From assembly GCA_051362555.1 (NCBI GenBank), contig CM120648.1, positions 9,544,587 to 9,608,586 on the forward strand: 64,000 nucleotides of DNA. Reading direction: 5' to 3'. Numbering within the stretch: position 1 is the first letter of the stretch; the number at the start of each line of letters is the position of its first letter. This DNA is from Lingula anatina (lineage: Eukaryota; Animalia; Brachiopoda). Made by a program: the position numbers and the translations under genes. The notes beneath the pieces are model-generated. The model was not told where the DNA came from and made no database searches. It saw only the letters and a program-made list of their open reading frames with translations. Of this stretch, positions 12,691 through 56,402 are shown one piece after another.

Positions 12691-14645
12691 TTGTTTAAAG
12701 GTCTTTTTGTACCAAAGCATTGACTATTGATCAATTTTACATAATGCTGAACAGTAAAGTCACTACCAATATTGTAGTAAGTACTACAGGTAACATGGAA
12801 ACATAGCTAGGAAAGGCTTTCAGTCCAATGCAGAAGTCCACTGCCTGAAAACGCCAATATTTGATAAATTAAAATTTCACAGACAACTGCATAACTTTCA
12901 AGAATGATAATCCAACAAGCAGGCTGGTGAGCAAACTGAAGCTGTATTCAAGTCCCATTAATCAATTCTGTTAGTTTAATAATACAATTTTTTTCCTTAT
13001 CATGTTTATGAGGGAAGTGCATGATAAGGGGGCAACAGACACAGGTGATGGCTACATGTCCAGACACTGTGTCTATCCATAAAAAGTAAGAAAAAGATAT
13101 ATTTAATGACCTGATCAGACTTGGTAACTTCGTTCCACAGTTTATTTCCAGCACAATGTCATTTTTACACAGATAAGAGTATTCTTTACATGTTTTTGCT
13201 ATTGTCTCTTTGCTTTCAGGTACTATACTGCTTTTAAGTATAGCAAGATAAATAAAAAAAAAAAAGATATTTGATTTGTTGATCAGACTACTTACAACTA
13301 ATGACTAAAATAACTAGACAGTAACAATGGCAAATATACAGACACCCAGAAACAATTTGGGCAAAATATGCAACAGGCTTTTGAGCATCCACTGTGATTT
13401 TGTTCAGAAATGTAATGAAAAATTTGTTAAAAATACTTTTGGCCAATGCAATACCAATAAACAAACTTAATACAAAATAACAAATATAACAAGAGGAAGG
13501 TTTACAAACAGTTGTGGTGTCTTTGAAATCTATGCACAACAAAAAGGAAGACAACGATGCAAAAGTATGCATTTCCTTAAATACAATAATTTAAAGGCCT
13601 TTTCACAATAAGCATGGCATCTCAACATTGTATCACACCACAGGGGACTTAATTGCTTGAAGACGTTTGCTGCTTTTTTGGCAGAAAATCTATCTGTAAT
13701 CCTGGAGGATGAGGGACCCATTTAAAGATTTGCTTACAAAAATGCCAAGCTACTAAGCAGTCACAGAACGTTCAAGTTGGAACACCAAGATAAAATGCAT
13801 GATGTGGAAAGACCATAAGTTAAAGCTTTTTCTCATTTTTAGCTCAGAAATGCCGATAATCCACACAAGAAATCATCTTCAACACATGTTCTAAGATTAT
13901 TATGAAAATTCACAAAATTTGTAACATGTCTTCTCTAATCACAAATACAATATCGAAAACTGATTCTCTTTCAATAAGCCATAAAAAACATCTTTAACAA
14001 AATACAGAAATAATCAACTAAATGCATGACAACAATTCACCAAAATTTTGTGACTCAAAATCCAAAATTGCACGAATATTTATTTTACAGAATAAAGAGT
14101 ACAGTACAAAACTGCCATGGAAACCCGAAAAAGATTTATGTAATCTTTATAGCTGCTCTTGAAATAAATGAAGCATAAATAAATGAGCTAACAGCATCTA
14201 GTGCATTTTACGGCCAAATATTTTCTACAATAATTATAATAACAGTTATTACAATAAAACTTCAACAAAATTCCACCAATAATGCAATTTTAAAGCTTTT
14301 TAAGCTGCACATGGACAGATAAATACATCTTCTTGTTTTAAGTTATATGTTAAAAAAAAAAAACTTATGGACACTCTAATAAACAAGTAACAGGATCATC
14401 AAAATAACAATATCCCCAACAACAACACCCATTCTCAGCTACAATACCTTGGTAGATCCAGGCACTGAAGAGCTATCTAATGTAACATTAACTGGTGAAA
14501 TTTGAGGTATTCTTTTTTTTTTTTTTTTTGCTTCTGTGGGTCTCAACGTACATTCTTCCCCTTTTGGACCTAGGGTTCTCCACAATTTCTGGGAGCCCCT
14601 TTCTGTTACTCTTATTTTTTCTTTTTTTTAATATCTTAAGCATAT

Positions 14646-14810
14646 CAGGTCAGTAGCCAGCAATTTCAAAGGGGGTTCTTTTTTTTGAAAAAGTGAACCT
14701 TTTCTCATAAAATCTTCATGAACCTTAATCAAATTTTACCCAGAGTGGAGCTTTTCCAGCAAAAAGGGTGGTTCGTTCGAACCCTTGAACCTCCCCTGAT
14801 TATGAGCCAG
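14646..14810. mobile_element. MITE family D, in the probable PIK3CA 3' UTR region
   Basis: CAGGTCAGTAGCCAGCAATTTCAAAGGGGG...CTGATTATGAGCCAG, TSD CATAT. Confidence 0.75.
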
Positions 14811-15130
14811 CATATTGTAGTTTTCATACATCAGTACACTAATATTGCCTCAGTCAATATAACAATTGGTTAAATACAAATTCTTTAATCTGATGATTTT
14901 GAGGGATGATTTTGAGGGCTACCTCAACGGAAAAGGTCTATAAATAATGCACTCTCCCATGTTTGTTTGTTTGTTTGCTTTCAAATATACAATTTCAACC
15001 TTGTACATCTCCATCAGACCTTTTTGCTATATCAGGTCTTAATAAATCAATAAATAATTTTATACATTCACGACATTATCACTTTACTTTTATCAAACAG
15101 GTAATGCTGTAATAATCTGACATGTGAATG

Positions 15131-15168
<38 letters not shown>

Positions 15169-15768
15169 GAAATAAAGGTATTTAATGAATTTGAAAACAT
15201 GATTAGCTCAATCCACTGATAATGGTGCACTTTTCATCAATTCAAATACCCACGTCCACATTTAGAATGACAGTGCTGAGGTCTTATTGTTTATCATTCT
15301 TACTGTCGACATATATATTACAACTCTGCATGGGAAAAATTCAAGCCAACTTGCAGGAGAACTTTTTATCCTGCTCAGATTCTGCTGAAAGTACATTCCA
15401 TACCTTGATGTCTACAATTATAATTCAAGACTCAATAAAACATGATGAAAATTTGCTTCTCTTGTTTCATCTAAGAGGAAGCCAGTCCCTTTCCCATCAT
15501 ACATACAAACCTAGATCAGACTTTTGTGTAAAGTAACTGCCATAAGTACATGGAAGGATAATGAAACCCTGTTTTAAATAACAGCTGGTTCTTGTACACC
15601 AGAACTTGCTTATAATTCTGCACAAAAAAAGAGTTTGTAAGCACATGACACTTTTTAAGATTTAACAGCAACGTCTGATGGTTCAAGACATAGAAACCAG
15701 CATGCATGTCATCTAGGCACCAACAACTTCACAAATTTTAACACAATGACGATGTATAGGCAAGCAAA

Positions 15769-26586
<10,818 letters not shown>

Positions 26587-26740
26587 GATGGAGTATAGGG
26601 GGTTGGTCAACCCTGGACCACAGTTGTACCTGGGGAGAAACAGAAGAAAACTGTTTGAACACATTCAGAACAGATGATCTAAAGACTAACTGATACGCTG
26701 ATTCCTCACATTTGATCATAATATGTTGTAAATTTTAATA

Positions 26741-27559
26741 CTGAGTTTCAGTATCAAACCCAGGACTCTCCTACATAATACAAGTAGTCTACTGACTGAT
26801 ACCCTGAGTTTCAGTATCAAACCCAGGACTCTCCTACATAATACAAGTAGTCTACTGACTGATACCCTGAGTTTCAGTATCAAACCCAGGACTCTCCTAC
26901 ATAATACAGGACTCTCCTACATAATACAAGTAGTCTACTGACTGATACCCTGAGTTTCAGTATCAAACCCAGGACTCTCCTACATAATACAAGTAGTCTA
27001 CTGACTGATATCCTGAGTTTCAGTATCAAACCCAGGACTCTCCTACATAATACAAGTAGTCTACTGACTGATACCCTGAGTTTCAGTATCAAACCCAGGA
27101 CTCTCCTACATAATACAAGCAGTCCACTGACTGATACCCTGAGTTTCAGTATCAAACCTGAGACTCTCCTACATAATACAAGCAGTCCACTGACTGATAC
27201 CCTGAGTTTCAGTATCAAACCCAGGACTCTCCTACACAATATAAGCAGTCCACTGACTAATACCCTGAGTTTCAGTATCAAACCTGAGACTCTCCTACAT
27301 AATACAAGTAGTCTACTGACTGATACCCTGAGTTTCAGTATCAAACCCAGGACTCTCCTACACAATACAAGCAGTCCACTGACTAATACCCTGAGTTTCA
27401 GTATCAAACCTGAGACTCTACTACATAATACAAGCAGTCCACTGACTGATACCCTGAGTTTCAGTATCAAACCCAGGACTCTCCTACACAATACAAGCAG
27501 TCCACTGACTAATACCCTGAGTTTCAGTATCAAACCTGAGACTTTCCTACATAATACAA
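26741..27559. repeat. 63-bp minisatellite, about 13 copies, in PIK3CA intron 1
   Basis: Unit CTGAGTTTCAGTATCAAACCCAGGACTCTCCTACATAATACAAGTAGTCTACTGACTGATACC, highly homogeneous, with one short internal duplication near 26908. Confidence 0.95.
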
Positions 27560-27734
27560 AATGGAGGAGAATGACCCATGTAACTCTGACTCTCAGGGAG
27601 AGGTATATTTTACCTGACATTATAAGCAAATGGCATTACTGTCATATATCCCAAGTCAACAGGCGTCCCTTCTTTACTGTGTTGAAAAGAGACTGGCAGA
27701 ATCAAGTTCTACAGAGAAGCTTAATCTGATACAT

Positions 27735-27748
27735 GTTGCCATGGAAAC
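27735..27748. promoter_or_regulatory. Consensus RFX X-box in PIK3CA intron 1
   Basis: GTTGCCATGGAAAC, an exact match to the GTTNCCATGGNAAC consensus. Confidence 0.45.
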
Positions 27749-28368
27749 AGAATTTAAGACTTCATCCTGTTGAACTTTTCCCGCAGGTGTTTTATAATCA
27801 GCAGTTAGAGAACATTAGCAAGCAAGGTGCTAATAAATTACGAAACCTAAATACAATATTCAAGGAAAATCACTCATGACAACATCTAATTTGTTTTCAA
27901 GATTTACAGATATTAAAAAAAGACAATAATCTAACTTAATCGTCTTTTTCAGAAAATACAACCAAAGCCATTTTGTGAAATAGAGACCAATTCTGTTGGG
28001 CCCCTATGGGGATTCTTTTGCACTGAGACTACCTTTCAGCCAAATCACTTATTAAATATTCTTCACCAAATGCATAATTTTAACTTGATAATAACCCTTG
28101 CCTATTAGCATCTATAAAAATACTTCAATCAACAGAAAAATGTGTTATAAACAGGAAATTGCATGTAGATCCCTTGTTCATAATTTGCCATAAGCTCAAA
28201 GGGGGCCATCTCCCAAACTGAAAACAATTTTTTTTTAAATAACTATTAAAAGTGTTGGCTTTTCAACTTGGAGTACAGACTTTTCAATGGTCAGTGCTAC
28301 AGAATCTCATATGATATATTTTTTATTTTTATTTTGCAGTACTTATATTAACTTATGCTCATGAGACA

Positions 28369-28400
<32 letters not shown>

Positions 28401-28604
28401 AAGTGTGCATGCATGTGAACACTTGTCACTTGTATTACATATCTTACCTCTTTTATCTGATAAAGATGGTACCGTTTTTTCTTGGAGATGTTCGCTGAAC
28501 AAATTATCCTAGAAGTTAAATGAAATTCCATTTCTAAATCAATAGCACATTATAAATATTAAGTTATTTTGGAAAAAAAAACTGACACACAGTATTAAGA
28601 TTTA

Positions 28605-28861
28605 GGCTTCATTCACATGCAATGTCTATTTTCTAAATTCTATTCTCTATTTGCGGTATGTCTTATGATCACGGTCTGTGCCCTGAATATCCCGCGGCGC
28701 AATTACTGGCAGCACGAGCCAGTTACTATAAGTTACTATAAGTAACTGGCTCGCGCTGCCAGTAATTACGCGGCGGGATATTCAGGGCACAGACCGTGAT
28801 CATAAGATAGCGCGAATAGAAAATAGAACTTAGAAAATAGACATTGCATGTGAATGAAGCC
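28605..28861. mobile_element. Fold-back MITE, PIF/Harbinger (Tourist)-like
   Basis: Near-complete 257-bp palindrome GGCTTCATTCACATGCAATGTCTATTTTCTAA...TTAGAAAATAGACATTGCATGTGAATGAAGCC with TTA on both sides. Confidence 0.88.
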
Positions 28862-29809
28862 TTAATGTTAAAACATTCTTGGCTATCAACTTGAAAGGCC
28901 ACATTGAAAACAACTTGAAAATGCCATGCTTGTCTACCATAGTGAAAAAAAATTTTTTTTTCAAAATCACAATACCAAATACCCAAGGCACAGTCTATTA
29001 TATAATGACAGCTTCAGAAGATTTTAGCTAGAAAAAAAAGCTTTATACCATACTGTATATAATCAATGAAATATGTCCCATATACTCTCTCAAATGACAC
29101 CAATAAGCAAATTATATCAAATCAACCAGACGGTAAGTTCTGGCAGGCTTTATCAAATTCCCAATTTTGTTTATTTCAAAAAGCACAATTTTCATGAATG
29201 CCCAGAGGCTTGACACCTGTCCTGGGCTATGCTACACTGTCCCATTTTTATGTTTGTACTTCTTACAAGATATCTACATGAAATCAGGAAATAAACCATC
29301 CTGTGCTACACCCTCAGGTTGGGTTTTACAAATAAGACTCCAGGCCATTGAGCTGACATTCTTAGATAGACCTCCAGTGGTAGACTATATGGTAGGCTAG
29401 TATGGTATTCTAAAGTCTTTTTATGTGGTCCTTAGGTTATTGACAATCAAAGAGACAACAGGACGTAGAGTCGAGATGACAAATTTCCCTGGTAATCATT
29501 TTGCAGGGAAAAAATAGGATTGATTTTAACAGAGACCGAACTTACAACTCTACAGGGCACTTGTCTATCAAATAAAACAGAGCACCAAAGTTGCATTTCA
29601 GGTATGTGTGACAAATACATAAATTTCATTTTCCCAGTAATTAATTCAAACCTACAAAAATATAAATATAAATCCAAGCAAAATGATACATGTATCACTT
29701 TCACTGAGTGAAATATGAAAATACGGTTTATTTTCAAGAATTTCATTCTTCATTACTGCTTCTTAAATACAAACAGATATGCAGCAGATTATCATGAATG
29801 CGTACTCAC

Positions 29810-29930
29810 CTCTAGAAAATTGCTTGTTCCATTTCATTATCAACTTATCAAAATAAGGTAAAATAAATACAACAGGGTAATTTTTTTGTAACAGCTACCT
29901 CCATTTTGGCTTCGCAGTGAATCTATTTCT
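29810..29930 (-). other. PIK3CA: Probable non-coding first exon of PIK3CA; upstream boundary approximate
   Basis: Strong donor GAG|GTGAGT at 29809. The first coding exon has an acceptor (TTTCTCCCCAG, exon start 26629) 43 nt before the ATG, so an upstream exon is required. Lies beside a CpG-containing promoter-like region with a YY1-like CAAAATGG motif. Confidence 0.65.
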
Positions 29931-30241
29931 CATTGCTGATTCGCTAAAAATGTAGACGTAAGGCATACATTATATATTTCTTTAAATATTATCCTCATGT
30001 GACGTTTTTATTTGCTAAAGATAATTTTACAGGATATAGAAATATTAATAAAACGCCATAATTCCCTAATACGTAAAAAAGTAATTTAACCTACTTCTTG
30101 GCCAATGAAATCTCGCTCATTTTTGATCATTCAGAAATGCCCTCGATACGCCGTGTGTGCCCGTGACACTAAGTATGTCTGCTCGATTTTGTACTGTTTT
30201 CATCTCAAAACAAGGGATTTACTGGCATTTGTAGACAGGAT
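29930..30241. promoter_or_regulatory. Probable bidirectional promoter of PIK3CA and the ZMAT3-like gene
   Basis: Outward-facing donors at 29809 (-) and 30261 (+) only about 450 bp apart. CCAAT at 30102 and local CpG enrichment. Confidence 0.55.
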
Positions 30242-49722
<19,481 letters not shown>

Positions 49723-49725
49723 GTA

Positions 49726-49774
<49 letters not shown>

Positions 49775-50145
49775 GTACCAAGATACTTATTGAAATTTTG
49801 AAAATAGTGCATGTGTGTCCCAGAATGCATGGCAGGGGAGGTGGGGTGAGGCGGCAGAGAAGTCATCAAGTGAGTTTCTTTTTATTTACAAAGTTTGCCA
49901 GGGAAATTTTGGAAATGTTGCTTGTGGGTTTTTGAATTTGATGAACTGATCATTAGTGGGGGAGAAGTGGAAGTGAAATTAGGGAGTCAAGCAGTGCATT
50001 ACATAGGGTAATGGCTTGATCTTTTCAGTAGGGTAAATTATCAATTTTTCAGATACATTACTTGCGGATCATTAGCTAGAATGCCATCTGCTAGAATGTA
50101 TACCCTTGGTTAAGCTTATCTTGCTCACTTTATCTCAGAAATTAC

Positions 50146-52004
50146 TTTTTTATTATGTACAGACACAGATGTGTCTGTACATATAGCCATCATCTGCGTC
50201 CGTCGGCGCCGTGCACTTTTACCGATAACACGATAAGTGGAAAACCATTTTACCTTTTGACTTGAAACTTGCAGAACTGATGAATATTCATAATACGCAG
50301 GTCAAGTTCGAAAATCAGCATGATCGGGTCACTTTTAGGGAATTTATGCTGTTTTTTCACTTTTTTCAGCATATATACAGCACCGATAACACGATAAGTG
50401 GAAAACCATTTTACCTTTTGACTTGAAACTTACAGAACTGATGAATATTCATAATACGCAGGTCAAGTTCGAAAATCAGCATGATTGGGTCACTTTTAGG
50501 GAATTTATGCTGTTTTTTTCACTTTTTTCAGCATATATGCAGCACCGATAACACGATAAGTGGAAAACCATTTTACCTTTTAACTTGAAACTTACAGAAC
50601 TGATGAATATTCATAATACGCAGGTCAAGTTCGAAAATCAGCATGATTGGGCCATTTTTAGGGAATTTATGCTGTTTTTTCACTATTTTCAATATAAATA
50701 CAACACTGATAACACAATATAAGAAAAACGGATTGGCCAATTGTAATTATACTCACAGGGGTGGTCAATCTTACTAAAACGCAGGTTGAGTTCGAAAATC
50801 AGCATAATCGGGCCATTATTTTAGAAGTTATACTGTTTTTCACATTTCCTCAGATTCAATTATTAGGCATGTTAACAGTCTCATTATTTAACTAATAAGA
50901 TGCCTAAAAGTGTTTGTTTGATATTTCCTGCAACTTTACAACATTGTTAGTTGATCATGTAAAAAACATGGGAAATTTGTTATCATGTATTGTGTAATAA
51001 AGTGTCAAAAATGGAAATAAACTCATATCATTGCAGTTTGTCAGATTCAATCATCCACTATGTTCAGAATCTCAGAATGGAGGAAATTGGACATTTAACA
51101 CTGTTCTATTGATACTTTTCCCATCTCATCAATTTTCTTAGTTGGTCATATAAAATGGCAGTAAAATGTTTATTTTGTTTTATGTTAAAAAAAGTGTTAA
51201 AAATGGAAATAAACCCATTTCAGAACAGTGCTGTCTTGTTTACATTTTGGCATTTTCAAGGCGTGACTTTGAAGTTCCATGGGCCTGAAGACCTTTGCTA
51301 GTCACATTTTCTGAATATCTGTGAAACAAATATTTTATAATTAAAAATTGATGGTCATTAAGCTGTTAAACATTATGTAATATTGCATCAAAATTTGAAG
51401 AAACCCCTATTTTGGGCACTGCTTCCATGATGACCATTTAAGGAAAATCATGTCACTTACTGTTCTCAAACTTACAGGAAAGAAACATGGGACTAAAATA
51501 CAGCTTCAGTAGGCAATGCAGTCTGTTTGGTATTTTTATTTATTTATTTATTTATTTTTTTTTTTTGGCAGTTAAACAGTTTTTTGTGAAAATTTAATTT
51601 TTCACATATTGGCATTTTCAAGGTGTGACTTTGAAGTTCCATGATCTTGAAGACTTTTGCTTGTCACATTTTCTGAATGTCCATGTTACTAATATTTTAT
51701 TAATAACATTTGATTGTCATTATGCTGTTAAACATTATGTAATGTTGCATCAAAATTTGAAGAAACTCCTATTTTGGGCACTGCTCCTATGATGACCATT
51801 TAAGGGAAATCATGTCACTTACTGTTATCAAACTTACAGGAAAGAAACATGGGTCTAACATACAGCTTCAATAGGCAACGCAGTCTGTTTGGTAAATTTT
51901 TGTGGCAATTTAACAGTTTTTTGTGAAAATTTAATTTTTCACTTATTTGCATCTTTATTTTCTGTTCTTTGTCTGTACATTTGACAGCTTTGCTGCCTTG
52001 TTTT
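50146..52004 (+). mobile_element. Non-autonomous Helentron/Helitron2-type (HINE/DINE-1-like) element with internal tandem repeats
   Basis: T-tract, then a 14-bp-stem palindrome TATGTACAGACACA-GA-TGTGTCTGTACATA (50154-50183) and a GCGTCCGTC motif. Four ~161-bp units start at 50221, 50382, 50544 and 50705, followed by a ~360-bp duplication (about 51249 and 51611). The 3' end has subterminal repeat TGTCTGTACAT (51970-51980), hairpin GACAGC-TTT-GCTGCC and TTGTTTT. Confidence 0.8.
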
Positions 52005-52251
52005 ACAAAATCATTAGCATTTGATATTTTTATGATCTTGTGTGGAATTTGCAGAAGCTGATAATCAAGAGTACTCATTGTGATTATCATAAGATACAAA
52101 TAGACATTGCGACAATTGAGATTTTTTTATTTTACAAAATAATTAGCATTGGATATTTTTATGATTTTGTGTGGAATTTGCAGAAGCTGATGATCAAGAG
52201 TACTCATTGTGATTATCATAAGGTACAATTTGACATTGCGACAGTTGAGAT
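52002..52251. repeat. Direct duplication of about 129 bp immediately after the Helentron 3' end
   Basis: TTTACAAAAT..TTAGCATT..GTGGAATTTGCAGAAGCTGAT..GACATTGCGACA.TTGAGAT occurs twice (about 52002 and 52131). Confidence 0.85.
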
Positions 52252-52731
52252 CTCATCCCAACACATTCTGCTCAACCAGTTTTGCTGGCCGCCACAGCAG
52301 CTCTGGAATATGTTACCCTCTACCAGGGCCAGAGTGTTTCCTCTAATGTTATTGTCAAGTTTTTGGACTAGATGCCTCTTTTTCCTCCCATTGCAATAAC
52401 TTGCAATTCAGATTTAAATTGTAAAAATAATTACAAAGGTGGCTCACAACGAATGTAATTAGTATAAAAATCCCCAGTCCTTTTAAGTTATCAAAATTGA
52501 TCTCTTTCTTATCTGATTTGAACACGAATAAAGTAATAAAGCTTTCCCCAGTATTATTAATCAGCTACCTTTTATCACAAATTGAAGATGCTTATCAAGT
52601 TATTGTACAAGAAAGGGATATTGGCGGCGCTTTTGATCTGTGTGAAAGGACCCAGTTGTTACATTCTTTCTGTAAATGTCAATATTAAGGGCAGTCCAAT
52701 CTTGGGGTCCATCGATTGTTGGTGTGTGTTA

Positions 52732-52917
52732 GAGCCCATTCAGAATAGTGGAACAACAGATTCGCAAATCAAATTTGGTGACCCACTAAAAAGCTTGTCA
52801 CTTAATTCCCATTTAGACACTGAATAGATTCCCCCACAGGGATTACGCAACAAGCATTCAAGTGGGGAGGCCATATTTGATCTGCGGATCTGTTAGTTCG
52901 CTGTTCTGAATGCACCC
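52732..52917. mobile_element. PIF/Harbinger-like MITE family A
   Basis: GAGCCCATTCAGAATAG...CTGTTCTGAATGCACCC, TSD TTA. Colinear with 32416-32600. Confidence 0.85.
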
Positions 52918-55053
52918 TTACTGTGAGAATTAGAGGTTGAGGTTTGGTTTGTGAAATGACAAACTATTTTAATGCTGTGTTTCCAATGAGTTTGCACCAG
53001 AGGTCTGGGTGCGAATGTGTTTGGAAGGTGTGTTTATAAATTGTATGGTTGTGCTGAGAAAAGGGAGAAGGTATATTTTCTCTCTCTCACTCTCTCTCTC
53101 TTTCTTTCTCTCTCTCTCTCTCAGTTGAGTTTAAAAAAACAAAGAGTTCTTCAACAAAGTCTCTAGTAGAGATAAAAACTGTACTCAGACCAGGATTATC
53201 TACAACCAAAATTTGCCCTTGATATCCTAAACATTAGGTTGCCATAATGCAAAAACAATAGGGTTATCCTCTGGGTCTCTTTAGACAGATATCCAGTCCA
53301 AAATACACCTTGTCTGAACACAACTTGATATATTACCTGAGTGGTCCATTTCCTTATCACCATTCCATCGCTCTATTACTGCAGTAATTGCTTGACCACT
53401 GTCCAGTATCTATTGCTTGACCACTGCCCAAAGGTGGCTACTTTGTGGTAATGGACAGAGGCCACCATGGTGAATTTAACAGATAACATACAAGGTAGTG
53501 ACCATTAGGGCTGGACATTGATGGTAGTATGGCCAGTATACTCTTTGATGGTCAAAATCTAGGGGCAGGAGAGGATGGTAAAGGGAGGGGGTGTCAGTTA
53601 TTTATTTATTTATTATTTTATTCATTTATTTATTTTACATTATGTAGCTGTGAAAATTTGTATACATGTTACATAACATAGTTTGGTGGAAGCAAAACTG
53701 AAAAAGATTGAAAAAAATCTGAATGAAAGAGAGAAATGAGATGAATAAATCATTATACTGAATCACCTGAGCCTTACAAAGCTTCAACCTTTTGGCGAAT
53801 TTATTAAAAGATAATTATCAACATTAATAGATCATTAACATCAGCAAATTAAACACTCATAGCAGGGATGTTGATACCACTGATTTTTTCCCTTGTTGTT
53901 TTATCCAGAAATATGAATTATCATCCAGTGGAAGACCCCACCTGCCATAGTTAGTACACACCGTCTGGACTGTGCTATGGTCTGCTTAGTGGCAGGTCAC
54001 TCTTGATAAATCTCAAACCTAATAACAAGAGAAGTTATTTCATGATCCGCTGCCTCCCTAAATGAGATAACAATTTCATAATTAAGAATAAAAAAAGGAG
54101 TCTAGCTCCACCCGTCAGTCTTGATTAGCCGTCTTTAATTACGGACGGGATCGTGTTTCTTTTTAATGACAGAATAAATTCCGCTTTGAAAAAATCTGGG
54201 AATTTGGTTAAGGGGTAGAGGTGTGCCGGGAGGGCTAGGTGTCCAAAGCCATTAAAGTCAACAGATAATTGGCCAGGCAGAGTTTAAGACCCAGTGTTCT
54301 TTGAAGGTCTGGGTAATCAGTTTCTGACTGTAATGTGCTGACATCTGGTGACAGACTTGGAGTGGATTGTCTGGGAAATTGGTGGAGTTTTCTGAATTCA
54401 GAATAGTAGCAATGGGCTAAATCTGAATTCTACTTTGCACCTTAGTTGGTATTGAGAATTAAGTTAATAAATTACTGGAGCAGAAAAAGGCTGAGAAAGT
54501 ATAAAGCTGGAAATGCTTGTATCTTGAAATGCTTGTACCTTTTTATAAAACAAAGGAGAATAGAGAAAATAATTAAAAATAAGAGCAGTATTACTTAATG
54601 TGAGTTCTTTTTCTGAGTGAATGTAGCACATAAACTGGAGATGCTTAATGAGGAACAGTAAAAGTATGCTGTTCAAGTTCCTCAGAATTCATCCATCTGG
54701 AAAATAACCTGTAATTAGACATTTCTGAGAGAGCATCTGCTCTTTACCTTTTTTTAAAAAGAAATATGATGCATGGCTCTCTCTCATAGAGTATACACAA
54801 GTAGTATGAAAGAAATTGGTTAAAATGGGTCTCTAGTGGTTGATTTTTTTCAGAGACAAGGTGTTACTGGGAAGCCAGTAGCACTGGTACCCTGTGTTTC
54901 AGAGTACTGAAGAGACTGTTGCCATACACTCTGTCATATTTATCATTGCTTTGATATTCAGGGTACAAATTGAATAGCATCTCTTGGAGATTCCTATAGA
55001 ATTTTAATTTAGTTTGTAGTTTTTTGAAAGATTGTCTGCCATCCTGGGAAGCC

Positions 55054-55088
<35 letters not shown>

Positions 55089-55404
55089 ATCCCTTGAAGG
55101 TATTCTCCCCCTCCCTCCCCTCCTTTCCCTCTCTCTCTCTCTCTCTCTCTCTTTCAGGTTTCTCCCAGCTTTCTTCCGCTTTTGCCCCAGCTACAGCTGT
55201 TGTGTATGTTGGGAAACCTGACATAACTGCCAAAAGGAACATGAAATTGTATGTCTGGGATTTCACTTGGACTCTGAGTCTCTGACATGGAGAATCGATG
55301 ATCCATGATTTCTAAACCTTAGGCGCCTTTAACCATGCTACAGCCCTGTATACTGAAGGCTGGCATTTTAAGAGTCATGTCACTTTGAATGTGTATATTG
55401 CATT

Positions 55405-55460
<56 letters not shown>

Positions 55461-56121
55461 ATGCATGAAAGGGGTGCTTGGAAATGGACTGGGTATATGT
55501 ACATGTAGAGTATCCTCTTTTTTACAATTTCATTTTTTGCAATATTTGATTTTCACTAAAATCAATTCAAATTTTACAACCCTCGTACCCATTAAGTACT
55601 CGAATTGCCTAACTCGTACATTGTGGAACATTGTGACTCTCATCTCAACTAGAATTCACACACACACAAACGAGCACATAAAGTACACTTTTTCAATATT
55701 GATAAACATTGATAAACCATTTGTAACACTTGGATTTCGCACCCTCATGTTAATCGGCTCACTGTGATGAATATCCCCAATCTAAGCCAGCTAATACTGG
55801 AAAATGTTTGAGGTAACTTGTAACACACATGTATCAGACCAGGTGCTAAGTGGTCCATTTTGGTAAATATTTACGCGGGTAATTAATTGCTGTCGGACCC
55901 ATGTTTTATCAAGGTTATAATTTTGTCTTTCACCCCAGAATCACCCTGAGTATCTGAGAGCCAATATGGCTGTCTTGTTGCTTTGGGCTCTGTATGTTCA
56001 ATGTGTGCAGAAATAAATAATTTGCATGGGTCCCAATAATTTGAGATCTCCATGCATGTGTGCTGACACCTACCTGTACATATTAGTGCAATGCACATAT
56101 GTAGGCATATGTTTACATAGG

Positions 56122-56402
<281 letters not shown>

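Noticed and set aside
26880-27629. 249-aa ORF of LILKLRVSVSGLLVLCRRVLG repeats
   Set aside because: It is the translation of the 63-bp minisatellite, not an LRR or other protein. No supported splice into the PIK3CA reading frame.
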